The notes: generated from the sequence alone by a model not told the origin. 64,000 nucleotides of DNA from Patescibacteria group bacterium (GCA_041666685.1 JBAYGJ010000001.1:31749-95748), one strand, 5' to 3'; shown: positions 37,544-47,291, numbered from the stretch's first letter. Numbers and translations: made by a program.

Positions 37544-38635
37544 ATGCAAAAAAATGAGTTAAAATACTGGATCGCTTTCTCACATATCGATTCAATTGGG
37601 CCGCAAAAAATTAAACTGCTGACGGCCCATTTCCCCGATCTGGCCACAGCCTGGCTGGCCAATGCCCATGAACTGAAATGGAGTCGGATGAGCGAAAAAG
37701 ACATTTTCGCCATCAACGCCGGCCGGGATGCGCTTGACCCCGACCAATTACTGGAAAAAATCGAACGGCTCAATATTTCAGCAATTACCGTACAGGACAC
37801 TGCATACCCCCGCCGACTGAAAGAAATACATTCCCCGCCCAGCGTACTATATATAAAGGGGACGCTCCCAGAACATCTGGATTTAGCATTGGCGGTAGTC
37901 GGTACCAGGAAAACCTCCGCCTATGGCCGGACCGTCACTCCCACGCTGATTGGCGCCTTAGCGAGAACCGGAGTATTGATCGTATCTGGGTTAGCGCTGG
38001 GGATCGATGCTTTAGCTCACCAGGCAACGCTAGACGCAGGCGGCCAAACGGTTGGCGTATTGGGATGCGGACTGGACGCAGCGTATCCAGTAACGAACCG
38101 ACGTCTGGCTGAGGAAATTATCAGCCACGGAGGTGCTTTGGTTTCCGAATACCCACCAGGGACACAGCCATTGCCCCAGCACTTCCCGGCCCGTAACCGG
38201 ATCATTTCCGGGATGTCCCGCGGAGTACTGGTTATCGAAGGTGGCGAAGATTCCGGATCCCTTATTACCGCCAAATACGCAATCGACCAAAACCGGGAAG
38301 TGCTGGCCGTACCGGGGAACATCATGTCTGACACTTCCGTCGGGCCCAATAACCTCATCAAAATGGGGGCAAAAGCGGTCACCTCAGCAGCAGACGTATT
38401 GGCGGCCTTGGATTTGGAATTAGCCGAACAGTACCGGGAAAATTCCACCGTCATCCCGGCCTCGCCTGATGAAGAAAAATTACTTGACTGCATCGGCCAT
38501 GAACCGACGCACATTGACGAAATTATCCAGAAGAGTAAACTGAATACCAGTATTATCAATTCCACTCTGACGATGATGGAAATGAAAGGAATTGTGCGTC
38601 ATCTCGGCGGAATGTACTATGCTCGGACCCGATGA
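37544..38635 (+). CDS. dprA: DNA processing protein DprA (Smf), natural-transformation ssDNA loader
   Basis: SAM-like N-terminus (WIAFSHIDSIGPQKI). Rossmann-like core GLALGIDALAHQATLDAGGQTVGVLGCGLD. C-terminal winged-helix domain. Start at 37544 (MQKNELKYW). Confidence 0.85.
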   Translation: MQKNELKYWIAFSHIDSIGPQKIKLLTAHFPDLATAWLANAHELKWSRMSEKDIFAINAGRDALDPDQLLEKIERLNISAITVQDTAYPRRLKEIHSPPSVLYIKGTLPEHLDLALAVVGTRKTSAYGRTVTPTLIGALARTGVLIVSGLALGIDALAHQATLDAGGQTVGVLGCGLDAAYPVTNRRLAEEIISHGGALVSEYPPGTQPLPQHFPARNRIISGMSRGVLVIEGGEDSGSLITAKYAIDQNREVLAVPGNIMSDTSVGPNNLIKMGAKAVTSAADVLAALDLELAEQYRENSTVIPASPDEEKLLDCIGHEPTHIDEIIQKSKLNTSIINSTLTMMEMKGIVRHLGGMYYARTR

Positions 38636-38717
38636 AAAACTACTCGCTAGATTCGCTCAGTCACGGCCCTGCCTTCGGCTCTGAGACCCGATAGCCGCCC
38701 CGCTCAGGCTCGAAGAG

Positions 38718-38743
38718 AGCCCGCCTCTGGGCTGAAATTTTTT
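38718..38743 (+). terminator. Rho-independent terminator after dprA
   Basis: AGCCC-gcctct-GGGCT followed by gaaaTTTTTT. A second upstream hairpin is CTCAG...CTGAG. Confidence 0.5.
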
Positions 38744-38751
38744 ACCTGATT

Positions 38752-41031
38752 ATGGCAAAAAAAGAACTCATAATTGTCGAGTCGCCGACCAAAGCCAAAA
38801 CCATCTCCCGCTTTCTGGGGAGCAAGTTCCACGTGGAGGCGTCTTTTGGACATATCCGCGACCTACCGCGGTCAAAAATGGGCGTAGATACCGAACATAA
38901 CTTCCAGCCGCAATACATCATCCCCCGCGACAAGCAGAAGACACTGACTAAATTACGGAAGCTGGCCCTCGCATCCCCTACCATCTATTTCGCAACTGAC
39001 GAAGATCGCGAAGGCGAGGCAATTTCCTGGCATCTCCTGGAATCATTCAAAACTGACAAAAAAAATACCAAGAATCCCGTTGACCCAGCGGCCATAGACG
39101 CAAAAGCGAAAAGGATCGTGTTCCACGAGATCACCGAGAAGGCCATCAATGAAGCGCTCAAGAATCCCCGCCAGCTGGACATGCACCTGGTGGACGCCCA
39201 ACAAGCCCGCCGCATCCTCGACCGTCTGGTAGGCTACGAACTGTCACCCTTTCTCTGGAAAAAGGTGGCCAAAGGACTGTCTGCCGGACGCGTCCAATCA
39301 GTCGCGCTGCGGCTTATCGTGGAGCGCCAGCGGGAAATCGACGCCTTCAAACCGGAAGAATACTGGACGATTGAGGCAGTATTCCACAAGCAAAAAGGCG
39401 AAGCCATCGACATCAAGGCAAAATTATACAAGGAGAACGGGAAATCACTGGAAAAATTCGCCATAAAAAACGGCCAGGAAGCGGATACGCTGCTGAAAAA
39501 ACTGAAGGATGCAAAATATTCCGTGGCCGATGTCCAGGCAAAAGAATCGAAAAAGAATCCTCCTTCCCCGTTTACCACTTCGACACTGCAGCAGGAAGCG
39601 AACCGGCGTTTCGGATTCTCGGCCAGACAGACCATGATGCTGGCCCAGCAACTGTACGAAGGTGTTGACCTGGGCAATAACCGGCGCGAAGGCTTGATCA
39701 CGTACATGCGTACGGATTCGCTCAACCTGTCAGACAAATTCCTTACAGAATCAAAAGAATTCCTTACTAAATCGTTTGGGGGGAAATACTCACTGGCGGA
39801 ACCCCGGAAATTCAAGGCCAAATCCAAATTGGCACAGGAAGCCCACGAAGCCATCCGGCCGACTGAAGTCATCAACACTCCTGACGCCGTCCAAACGTTT
39901 CTTGACCCGAGGCAGCTGAAACTGTATGAACTGGTTTGGCAGCGTGCCGTTGCCAGCCAAATGCCTGAAGCGATCATGAATAACGTGACCATCGACATTA
40001 ACGACGATTCAAACACCTACACGTTCCGGACCACCGGCTCCACCATCAAATTCGACGGCTTCATGAAAGTATATAACCTGGTCAAAGAAAATGCCGTACC
40101 AGTCGTCGAATCCGGAGAACCGCTTGATGCGAGCAAAATCGAGCCAATCCAGCACTTTACCGAACCGCCCGCGCAATATTCTGAAGCCGGCCTGGTCCAT
40201 GCCCTGGAAGAAAGGGATATCGGTCGGCCATCGACCTACGCACCGACTATCGCCACCCTTATCGAACGCAATTATGTAAACAAGGAACAGGGCCGATTGA
40301 AACCCACTGAGATCGGGTTCCTCGTCTGCGACGTACTGACTGAACATTTTTCCGCCATAATGGACTATGCATTTACCGCCCACATGGAAGACGACCTGGA
40401 TTCTATCGCCAGCGGTCTCAAGGAATGGGTACCGGTCATCAAAGAATTTTACGACCCTTTTAAAGAAAACCTTATGAAAAAGCACGAAGAGGTGGCAAAA
40501 TCCGAAATGACGTCAGACGTTGTCTGTGATAAATGCGGCAAACCCATGGTAATCAAAATGAGCCGGTTCGGCAAATTTCTCGCCTGTACCGGATATCCGG
40601 AATGCCGGAACACCAAACCTCTCGACCAGAATGGTGCAGTCGCGGAACACCCGCCGGAACACCAGACGGAGGAAAAATGCGATAAATGCGGATCGCCCTT
40701 TGTCCTGAAGCACGGACGGTTTGGGCCATTCTTTGCCTGCTCTGCCTATCCTAAATGCAAGAATATTAAAAATATTCAGCAAAAAACCGGCGTGACCTGC
40801 CCCCAATGCAGCCAGGGTGATATTATCGCCAAACGGTCTCGGCAGGGACGGACATTCTACGCCTGCAATCGGTATCCAGAATGCAAATTCGCACTCTGGT
40901 CCAAACCGACTGGCGAAAAATGCCCGACCTGCAGCTCGCTCCTCGTCTTCGCGGCCGGCGGCAAAGCGCGCTGCTCAAACAAAGAGTGCAAGTTTGAAAA
41001 AATTTCCGATGATCAAAAAACAGATGAATAA
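38752..41031 (+). CDS. topA: DNA topoisomerase I with C-terminal tandem Zn-ribbon domains
   Basis: TOPRIM N-terminus (LIIVESPTKAKTI), the catalytic Tyr region, and four C-terminal CxxC...CxxC zinc ribbons (CDKCGKPM..., CDKCGSPF..., CPQCSQG..., CPTCSS...). Confidence 0.9.
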   Translation: MAKKELIIVESPTKAKTISRFLGSKFHVEASFGHIRDLPRSKMGVDTEHNFQPQYIIPRDKQKTLTKLRKLALASPTIYFATDEDREGEAISWHLLESFKTDKKNTKNPVDPAAIDAKAKRIVFHEITEKAINEALKNPRQLDMHLVDAQQARRILDRLVGYELSPFLWKKVAKGLSAGRVQSVALRLIVERQREIDAFKPEEYWTIEAVFHKQKGEAIDIKAKLYKENGKSLEKFAIKNGQEADTLLKKLKDAKYSVADVQAKESKKNPPSPFTTSTLQQEANRRFGFSARQTMMLAQQLYEGVDLGNNRREGLITYMRTDSLNLSDKFLTESKEFLTKSFGGKYSLAEPRKFKAKSKLAQEAHEAIRPTEVINTPDAVQTFLDPRQLKLYELVWQRAVASQMPEAIMNNVTIDINDDSNTYTFRTTGSTIKFDGFMKVYNLVKENAVPVVESGEPLDASKIEPIQHFTEPPAQYSEAGLVHALEERDIGRPSTYAPTIATLIERNYVNKEQGRLKPTEIGFLVCDVLTEHFSAIMDYAFTAHMEDDLDSIASGLKEWVPVIKEFYDPFKENLMKKHEEVAKSEMTSDVVCDKCGKPMVIKMSRFGKFLACTGYPECRNTKPLDQNGAVAEHPPEHQTEEKCDKCGSPFVLKHGRFGPFFACSAYPKCKNIKNIQQKTGVTCPQCSQGDIIAKRSRQGRTFYACNRYPECKFALWSKPTGEKCPTCSSLLVFAAGGKARCSNKECKFEKISDDQKTDE

Positions 41032-41971
41032 AATCCTCGTTACCGGTGCGGCCGGACAGGTCGGCTCAGTATTAGTTCCCGCATTGCAAAAAAAATTCGG
41101 CGCTGACACTGTCATTGCCGGCATCATGAAAACTGCCCCCCTCGATACACATGTCCATACGGAACGCGTGGATACGACGGACAGGGCCTCAATACACAAC
41201 GTAATCCAGAAGCACGGCATCTCCACCATCTATCACCTGGCTGGCATGCTTTCAGCTGCCAGCGAAAAAGATCCGGAGAAGTCCTGGCAGGTAAATTTCG
41301 TCGGACTGAAGAATATCCTGGATCTATCGCGCGAGATGAATATTGCAAAAGTTTTCTGGCTAAGCTCCATCGCCGCTTTCGGGCCTAACACGCCAAAAGA
41401 CCTGACGCCGCAGTCTACCATCCTCGAGCCCTCTACTATGTACGGCGTAGCCAAGGTAGCCGGTGAACTGTTATGCAATTATTACCACCATCGGTACAAG
41501 CTTGACGTGCGCAGTCTGCGCTATCCCGGCCTGATCAGCCACGCCGCTCCGCCGTCAGACGGCACCACGGAATACTCAATCTCGATGTTTTATGCGGCAT
41601 TGCAGCGCCAGCCGTTCAGCTGCTTCCTGAAAGAGGACACAGCGCTACCAATGATGTATATGGATGACGCGGTCAAAGCGACAATCGACCTTATGGAAGC
41701 TGATCCGGAAAAATTGACTGTCCGTACCAGCTATAATGTCACGGCATTTAGCTTTACTCCGGCTGAGCTGGCCGATTTGATAAAAAAAGAAGTTCCGGAT
41801 TTCACCGTAACGTATCAACCGGACTTCCACCAAGCCATCGCCGACTCCTGGCCCAAGAGCATTGACGATGCTCAGGCACGCCAAGACTGGGGCTGGCTAC
41901 CTGACTATGACCTGCAGAAGATGGTCGCAGATATGTTCAAACATCTGAAAAAGAAGCTCAACGTCGTATAG
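41024..41971 (+). CDS. tdh: NAD-dependent L-threonine 3-dehydrogenase (extended-SDR / UDP-galactose-4-epimerase-like TDH)
   Basis: MNKILVTGAAGQVG Rossmann motif. It aligns strongly with SDR-type TDH across SSIAAFGPNTPKDLTPQSTILEPSTMYGVAKVAGELLCNYYHHRYKLDVRSLRYPGLIS (catalytic YxxxK). The start overlaps the topA stop by 8 nt. An alternative ATG sits at 41009. Confidence 0.7.
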   Translation: MNKILVTGAAGQVGSVLVPALQKKFGADTVIAGIMKTAPLDTHVHTERVDTTDRASIHNVIQKHGISTIYHLAGMLSAASEKDPEKSWQVNFVGLKNILDLSREMNIAKVFWLSSIAAFGPNTPKDLTPQSTILEPSTMYGVAKVAGELLCNYYHHRYKLDVRSLRYPGLISHAAPPSDGTTEYSISMFYAALQRQPFSCFLKEDTALPMMYMDDAVKATIDLMEADPEKLTVRTSYNVTAFSFTPAELADLIKKEVPDFTVTYQPDFHQAIADSWPKSIDDAQARQDWGWLPDYDLQKMVADMFKHLKKKLNVV

Positions 41972-42030
41972 CAAAAATCGCACGAGGCACAGCAGCCCCG
42001 GGTTGTCATTTTGTATTTCCGATATTTTCC

Positions 42031-44142
42031 TTACGTGCCGGCGGAAATCTGTTTATTGATATCCACGAGTAACTGCTGAATTGTCTCGTCGTCCGGCTTG
42101 ATGCGCTGCGCCGCCTCTGCTGAAGTTTTTGCACCAACAAAATCGCCTTGTGCCTGCAGTACATAAGCGATATTTACGTCCGCCAGATAATTGTCCTGCT
42201 GTAACGATTTGGAAATACGGAAATTTTTTACTGCCTCATCCAATAATAATGCTGACCGGGCTTGTATTTCATTATTCGCAGACTGACTGTCAGCCTGCGC
42301 CTGTACGAGCAGGGCTCGGCCGAGATTCAAAAAGGCAATCGGGTTGGTCGGTTCTAACTCTGATAATTTTACATAAGCAGCCATGGCCAATTGGTCGGCA
42401 TTGCCGATGAGGTTACGGAGGTTATCATATAGGGACGCAGTCTGCTCGTACACCATGGCATTATCCGGATCCGTCTCACGGGCCCGTTTTAGTGCATCAA
42501 CCACAGCCTGGACGTCTGACTTGACCGCACCAGTATCTGGGCTTGATTGTCCAGCCTCCAATTGGGCTGCCGTCGCGTGGCCCTGCGCCAACGTAATCAG
42601 GTACCCAGGCTCATGAGGATTGTATGACGCGGCCATAACCAGGAGCGCCTCAATATCGCCGACCGGGGCCTGTTTCTGGATCAATTCATTGGCCCGAAAG
42701 TAATACAGGTCAGCCAGCCAGTACCGAACTCCAAAATAGCCGGAGATCGCTACCAAACAGCTCAGTGCTGTTATACCAATTAACGACCCTAACCAAGCGA
42801 AACGAAAGGGCTTCAACGCAAGGCGCCGTTCCGTGAGTGTGAACGGTCCGGCCAGGCGGAAGCTTATTCCCAGCCATAGCCACCATAAAAAATAAAGGAT
42901 GAAATTAAAGGGCGTCAGAAAATAGACTGCCATCAATCCTGCCCATACCAACAGGACAGTCATGGACCATACCCATTGGGTACCCCCAGCCTGCCAATCG
43001 GAGATAAATTTTTTGAAAACGCGGATAAAAAAATAAACGCAAAAAAATATTTGCACCGCCACGAAAACGATCCCCAGCTGAGACAGCTGGCCCCACCATT
43101 CACTCCCGGATTTATTAAACCGTATGGCTGCGTTCGGTAAATCATTAAAACTGGCTGGGCGATATGTTTGAAAATCTTTGGTAAATGTTTGCGGCCCCGT
43201 CCCCCACACCGGTGAGTGGCGGATACTTTGCCAGGCAATATCCATCGAAGACCTCTGGTCCAGAACAAGCGTCGTACTCGTCTGGGCGCCGGTTAACTGG
43301 GAAAAATTCACCAACAATCCCGCAGCCAGCAGAATGATAGCAGCCAGCGGGGCGATAATATCTGTTTTGCTGAATTTTTTTGCGTGCCATGAAACCGCGA
43401 TTGAAAATAAAAATAAGCCAATCAGAGATATATACGTAGCCATGGCCTTGCCGGACAGCATAACCAGCACCAACTGCACCAAAACGCACCCTCCCCAAAA
43501 TATTTTCCAGTACTTGCCTCTGCTTTGCCACAGCAATGACAATGCAATGATCGAGCATAAAGAGGCGACTATTGCCACTGTCACTGATGATGAGGCGACC
43601 AAATTGAAACGAACATCATGAGTCATGGTCCATGGCAGCATATAGAGTCCGTAAATTTGGAAAACACTCAACAGCGAAACAGCCGTAACAGCAATAGTAA
43701 ACGCCCTGACCAGCCAGCCCCAGTCATCTACATTTCGTGTCGTATATATTAGCAGGAAAAAGAAGATCATAAACGATACCTGACTTACGCCGTTTCCGCT
43801 AAAAGCACCGCCAGACCCGAACAGGCTCACATAATGATTTTGAGAAAAAACCACACTAACCAAAATACACAGGAACAAAATTGCCGTCAGCCAAAACGCG
43901 TGATGTGAAAAAAACCGCAATTCCCGCCGGTTAATCATGTTCACCATAAGTACTGCCGCTGCAATAAATACAACCAGGGAAAATAACACGGTTTTATTGA
44001 GCTCCTGGGGGAAATTTCCGACCGGCAGGAAAAAAACAGGCATAAGACATACCAGCCCGCGGACGATCCACCGCACTATCCGTAGTTCATTTCCCTCCGA
44101 ACGAAAACCGACCCATCGTTTAATGGATTCAATCACTGACAT
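42031..44142 (-). CDS. Wzy_C / O-antigen-ligase-family polytopic membrane protein with C-terminal TPR repeats (possible O-oligosaccharyltransferase/polymerase)
   Basis: About 12 TM helices. The periplasmic loop motif RHSPVWGTGPQTF is HP(L/W)xGxGxxxF-like, as in WaaL/PglL. The C-terminal ~230 aa are TPR-like helical repeats. Confidence 0.6.
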   Translation of the reverse strand: MSVIESIKRWVGFRSEGNELRIVRWIVRGLVCLMPVFFLPVGNFPQELNKTVLFSLVVFIAAAVLMVNMINRRELRFFSHHAFWLTAILFLCILVSVVFSQNHYVSLFGSGGAFSGNGVSQVSFMIFFFLLIYTTRNVDDWGWLVRAFTIAVTAVSLLSVFQIYGLYMLPWTMTHDVRFNLVASSSVTVAIVASLCSIIALSLLWQSRGKYWKIFWGGCVLVQLVLVMLSGKAMATYISLIGLFLFSIAVSWHAKKFSKTDIIAPLAAIILLAAGLLVNFSQLTGAQTSTTLVLDQRSSMDIAWQSIRHSPVWGTGPQTFTKDFQTYRPASFNDLPNAAIRFNKSGSEWWGQLSQLGIVFVAVQIFFCVYFFIRVFKKFISDWQAGGTQWVWSMTVLLVWAGLMAVYFLTPFNFILYFLWWLWLGISFRLAGPFTLTERRLALKPFRFAWLGSLIGITALSCLVAISGYFGVRYWLADLYYFRANELIQKQAPVGDIEALLVMAASYNPHEPGYLITLAQGHATAAQLEAGQSSPDTGAVKSDVQAVVDALKRARETDPDNAMVYEQTASLYDNLRNLIGNADQLAMAAYVKLSELEPTNPIAFLNLGRALLVQAQADSQSANNEIQARSALLLDEAVKNFRISKSLQQDNYLADVNIAYVLQAQGDFVGAKTSAEAAQRIKPDDETIQQLLVDINKQISAGT

Positions 44143-44143
44143 G

Positions 44144-44998
44144 CTAATTGGATATTTTACGAATAATTGCCTGCAATTCTTCTGCCGAATAAAAATGCAC
44201 GGTTATGGTTCCACGTTTCCCTTTGCGCCTGATTTCGACTTTCGTGCCCAATGCTGCCTGCAACACGTCCTCTTTCTCTAGCATATTCGGATCTTTGGAC
44301 CTCCGGGCGTGCTGGCGGACTGACACACGCCTGGCCTGGGATTCGGCAATCCTAACCGACAAGCCGCTTTTCAATATTTCCTTAAACAGCTTTTCCCGTT
44401 CAACTGCCGTTTCCACGCCCAGGAGGGCTTTGGCGTGACCTTCGGTCAGTTTCCCTTCAGCCAAGGCTTGCTGCATCTCGCTCGGCAAGGTCAAGAGCCG
44501 CAATGAATTCGTGACGGTTACGCGATTCTGCCCGACTTTCTTCCCCACTTCATCCTGCGTGAGGTTGAATTCGTCGATCAATCGCTGGAAGCCCCTGGCA
44601 CGCTCGATTGGATTCAGACTTTGACGCTGTACGTTTTCCACGATGGCCAGCTCAAGTTTTTCCTGCTCAGTCGCCGTCCGGATGACTGCCGGGACTTTTT
44701 TCAGGCCGAGCAGTTTGGCTGCCCGCAATCGCCGCTCACCGGCAATCAGTTGGTAGCCCCCGCGCGCATTGATTACTACGAGCGGCTGGATAATTCCATG
44801 AATTTTTATTGAATTCATCAGGTCTTCCAATGCCGCCCGGTCAAAAGTAAAACGGGGCTGGTGGGGATTCGGCTGGATGTCATTGATCGGCAGCTCATTG
44901 GTGCCCTGGCTGACCACCGGCTCCTCTGCCACCGTACGCTCGGCGTTTCGGGGTGGTATTAAGGAATTCAAACCTCTGCCTAAGCCGGTTCTGTTCAT
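44144..44998 (-). CDS. parB: Chromosome partitioning protein ParB (Spo0J)
   Basis: GLGRGLNSLIP N-terminus, ParB box (GERRLRAAKLLG) and HTH. Confidence 0.9.
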   Translation of the reverse strand: MNRTGLGRGLNSLIPPRNAERTVAEEPVVSQGTNELPINDIQPNPHQPRFTFDRAALEDLMNSIKIHGIIQPLVVINARGGYQLIAGERRLRAAKLLGLKKVPAVIRTATEQEKLELAIVENVQRQSLNPIERARGFQRLIDEFNLTQDEVGKKVGQNRVTVTNSLRLLTLPSEMQQALAEGKLTEGHAKALLGVETAVEREKLFKEILKSGLSVRIAESQARRVSVRQHARRSKDPNMLEKEDVLQAALGTKVEIRRKGKRGTITVHFYSAEELQAIIRKISN

Positions 44999-45003
44999 AT
45001 GGT

Positions 45004-45786
45004 TTATAAAATTATTTCTTGTTCAATTATTTCACGGGCTAGACGCTCGTACGCTTTTCCGCCCGATGAACGGCGGTCGTAGTGCAGAATGCTCTTACCA
45101 TAACTCGGCGCCTCCGCCAGCTGTACGTTGCGCGGGATAACCGTCCGGAATATTTTATTCGGGAAGAACTGATAGAGCTGATTGAAGACATCTTTCGACA
45201 GACGGCTCCGTTCGTCATACATAGTCATGACGGCGCCGAGGATTTGCAGACTTGGTTTGAGGTTTTGCCGGACGAGTTCGATGGTCTCCAGCAGCTGGCT
45301 CAATCCCTCTAAGGCATAATACTCTGTCTGAACGGGAATCAAGGCCTCATCCGCCGCCACTAGCCCATTCACCGTCAATAGACACAAACTGGGTGGACAA
45401 TCGATGATGATATAGTCATAATCATGCCGTATTTCCAATATGGCGTCGTGCAATCGGAATTCCCTGGTCTCCAGTTCCACCAGCTCGACACGAGCACCGG
45501 CCAAATCTACAGTTGCTGGCACCACCCGCAACCCATCTACTGAGGTCGGATGCGTCACATCACGGATAGAGACGTCACTAATCAATGGGTGGTACACGCC
45601 CCGGTCAATTGATCGGTAATCAATGCCGATACCAGACGAAGCGTTGCCCTGGGGGTCCAAATCGATTAATAAGACGAATTTGCCGAGATGGGCCAGATAG
45701 GCCGCGACATTAACAGCAGTCGTGGTTTTCCCCACTCCGCCTTTCTGATTTACGATGGCAATTACTCGTGGCATAGGTGCACTCAT
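45004..45786 (-). CDS. parA: Chromosome partitioning ATPase ParA (Soj)
   Basis: Deviant Walker A KGGVGKTTTAVN. Full-length ParA/MinD fold. Confidence 0.9.
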   Translation of the reverse strand: MSAPMPRVIAIVNQKGGVGKTTTAVNVAAYLAHLGKFVLLIDLDPQGNASSGIGIDYRSIDRGVYHPLISDVSIRDVTHPTSVDGLRVVPATVDLAGARVELVELETREFRLHDAILEIRHDYDYIIIDCPPSLCLLTVNGLVAADEALIPVQTEYYALEGLSQLLETIELVRQNLKPSLQILGAVMTMYDERSRLSKDVFNQLYQFFPNKIFRTVIPRNVQLAEAPSYGKSILHYDRRSSGGKAYERLAREIIEQEIIL

Positions 45787-45921
45787 TATAGCAAGAAATG
45801 ATTGACAAAAACAGCTTTTCCTTTTAAAATTGAGGCAATTGATAAAATCGAGCGACTCGCCCCGAGCGTTTGCGAGGGGCCTCGTATTTTCTGGAAATCT
45901 CGCATGCGAACGTTACCATAT

Positions 45922-46008
45922 GCCGGGATGGCGGAATTGGCAGACGCACAGGACTCAAAATCCTGCGACCGCAAGGTCATGGGAGTTCGACCCTCCCTCC
46001 CGGCACCA
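45922..46008 (+). tRNA. tRNA-Leu (anticodon CAA), type II with long variable arm, CCA encoded
   Basis: GCCGGGATGGCGGAATTGGCAGACGCACAGGACTCAAAATCCTGCGACCGCAAGGTCATGGGAGTTCGACCCTCCCTCCCGGCACCA. Anticodon loop CTCAAAA. Confidence 0.85.
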
Positions 46009-46073
46009 ACATATTCAAAAAATACTCTTAAGAAATTCTGAAGAGTATTTTTTGAATCATAAGTTGTAACACC

Positions 46074-46150
46074 TGGTACCAGGGGTGGGAGTTGAACCCA
46101 CGACCTTGGGCTTATGAGTCCCACGCTCTAACCAACTGAGCTACCCTGGC
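46074..46150 (-). tRNA. tRNA with CAT anticodon: elongator tRNA-Met or tRNA-Ile2 (lysidine), CCA encoded
   Basis: The reverse complement is GCCAGGGTAGCTCAGTTGGTTAGAGCGTGGGACTCATAAGCCCAAGGTCGTGGGTTCAACTCCCACCCCTGGTACCA. Pair 1:72 is G:U. It lacks initiator features. Confidence 0.75.
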
Positions 46151-46176
46151 CTACGTCAGGTGGGCGTCCGTTTTTT

Positions 46177-46251
46177 TGGTTGCCGGGGGGGGATTCGAAC
46201 CCCCGACCTCGGGATTATGAGCCCCGCGAGCTGCCACTGCTCTACCCGGCG
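46177..46251 (-). tRNA. Initiator tRNA-fMet (anticodon CAT), CCA encoded
   Basis: The reverse complement is CGCCGGGTAGAGCAGTGGCAGCTCGCGGGGCTCATAATCCCGAGGTCGGGGGTTCGAATCCCCCCCCGGCAACCA. It has a C1 x A72 mismatch and a G-rich anticodon stem. It is near-identical in both ends to E. coli tRNA-fMet (CGCGGGG...CCCCCGCAACCA). Confidence 0.8.
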
Positions 46252-46296
46252 ACGAAGTATAGAAAAACCCTTATAAGGGTTCGCTGGCATTATAAT

Positions 46297-46325
46297 GTAC
46301 CGTTGGTAAATAAGCAAGCCTGTAC
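46297..46325 (-). promoter_or_regulatory. Sigma-70-like promoter (TTGCTT - 17 nt - TATAAT) driving the minus-strand tRNA-fMet/tRNA-Met genes
   Basis: On the minus strand: cTTGCTTatttaccaacggtacatTATAATgcc, about 40 nt upstream of the tRNA-fMet 5' end. Confidence 0.55.
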
Positions 46326-46387
46326 CAGCATTTTTCCTTACGGAGCAGAACTCGTGTTATACTAAATACATCTTCAAACATTGATTT

Positions 46388-47287
46388 ATGACTCCATTAC
46401 TTGGGTTACTTGCTGCATTTATCGCTTTTCTGGCCTGGGGATTTGGCGATTTTGCCATCCAGCGTTCGGTGCGGCACGTGGGCGCGGTGCCAGCGCTTTT
46501 CTTCATTGGTATTTTTGGTCTTGTCGGTTTACTGCCGTTCGTCTGGCAGGACCTCCCCCTCTTCTTCCACAAGGAGAATTTGGCAACGCTCCTATTCTTC
46601 ACTGGCCTGGTGACATTCGTGTACGCAGTATTCTTTTTCCAAGCCCTGGGGAAAGGCAAAATTTCTATAGTAGAGCCAGTAATGAGCTTCGAACTGCCCC
46701 TGACCATACTCTTGGGCGTCTTAATAATTCACGAGGAACTTACTGGTTTGCAGTATTTTCTCGCCGTGATCATCTTTCTGGGCCTCATTGTCACCGTCGT
46801 GCAGCAGGAACCGCGACACTGGTGGAATTTTTTTCGCAAACGGCGGCCGCGCATTGAACGGGGCGTCATTCTCGCTGTTATCGCCGTAGCATTGTCCGCC
46901 GGAGCGAATGTACTAACCGGACGGCTGAGCCAGGAGTCAAAACCTATACTTGCGATCTGGGGCGTAAATGCCATCTATACAATCTGCTGCTTCGTTTGGA
47001 TGCTGTGGCGCAAAGAAGTTCGGGATTCGTTCCGGCATGCATACAAGTATTGGCGACCAATCGTACTACAAGGGATCCTGGATAATATTGCCTGGGTAAG
47101 TTTTGCCGTCGCCGTCCTGGTGCTCCCCATTTCAATTGCCATCGCTATTTCCGAAAGCTATATTGCACTTGGTATGCTGTTAGGCATCCTCATCAATAAG
47201 GAGCGCCTGCAACGCCACCAATACCTCGGCATTGCCGTAACACTCATAGCGGTAATCGTATTAGCCGTCATCAGCGCCAACAGCTAA
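46388..47287 (+). CDS. EamA-family (DMT superfamily) transporter
   Basis: 299 aa with 10 TM helices and two EamA repeats (FLAWGFGDFAIQRS...). Confidence 0.8.
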   Translation: MTPLLGLLAAFIAFLAWGFGDFAIQRSVRHVGAVPALFFIGIFGLVGLLPFVWQDLPLFFHKENLATLLFFTGLVTFVYAVFFFQALGKGKISIVEPVMSFELPLTILLGVLIIHEELTGLQYFLAVIIFLGLIVTVVQQEPRHWWNFFRKRRPRIERGVILAVIAVALSAGANVLTGRLSQESKPILAIWGVNAIYTICCFVWMLWRKEVRDSFRHAYKYWRPIVLQGILDNIAWVSFAVAVLVLPISIAIAISESYIALGMLLGILINKERLQRHQYLGIAVTLIAVIVLAVISANS

Positions 47288-47291
47288 CGCT

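Noticed and set aside
45786-46124. ORFs 45786..46124 (-), 45802..46041 (+), 45830..46069 (+), 46180..46365 (+)
   Set aside because: They overlap three well-folded tRNA genes and their promoter. There is no coding signal.
46262-46280. Palindrome AACCCTTATAAGGGTT followed by a U-run in the tRNA-fMet leader, considered as a terminator between promoter and tRNA
   Set aside because: The stem is AU-rich, and the palindrome has no loop, so the effective stem is about 5 bp. It is unlikely to terminate. More likely it is a leader element removed by RNase P processing or a protein-binding site. It is kept only as a note in the tRNA finding.
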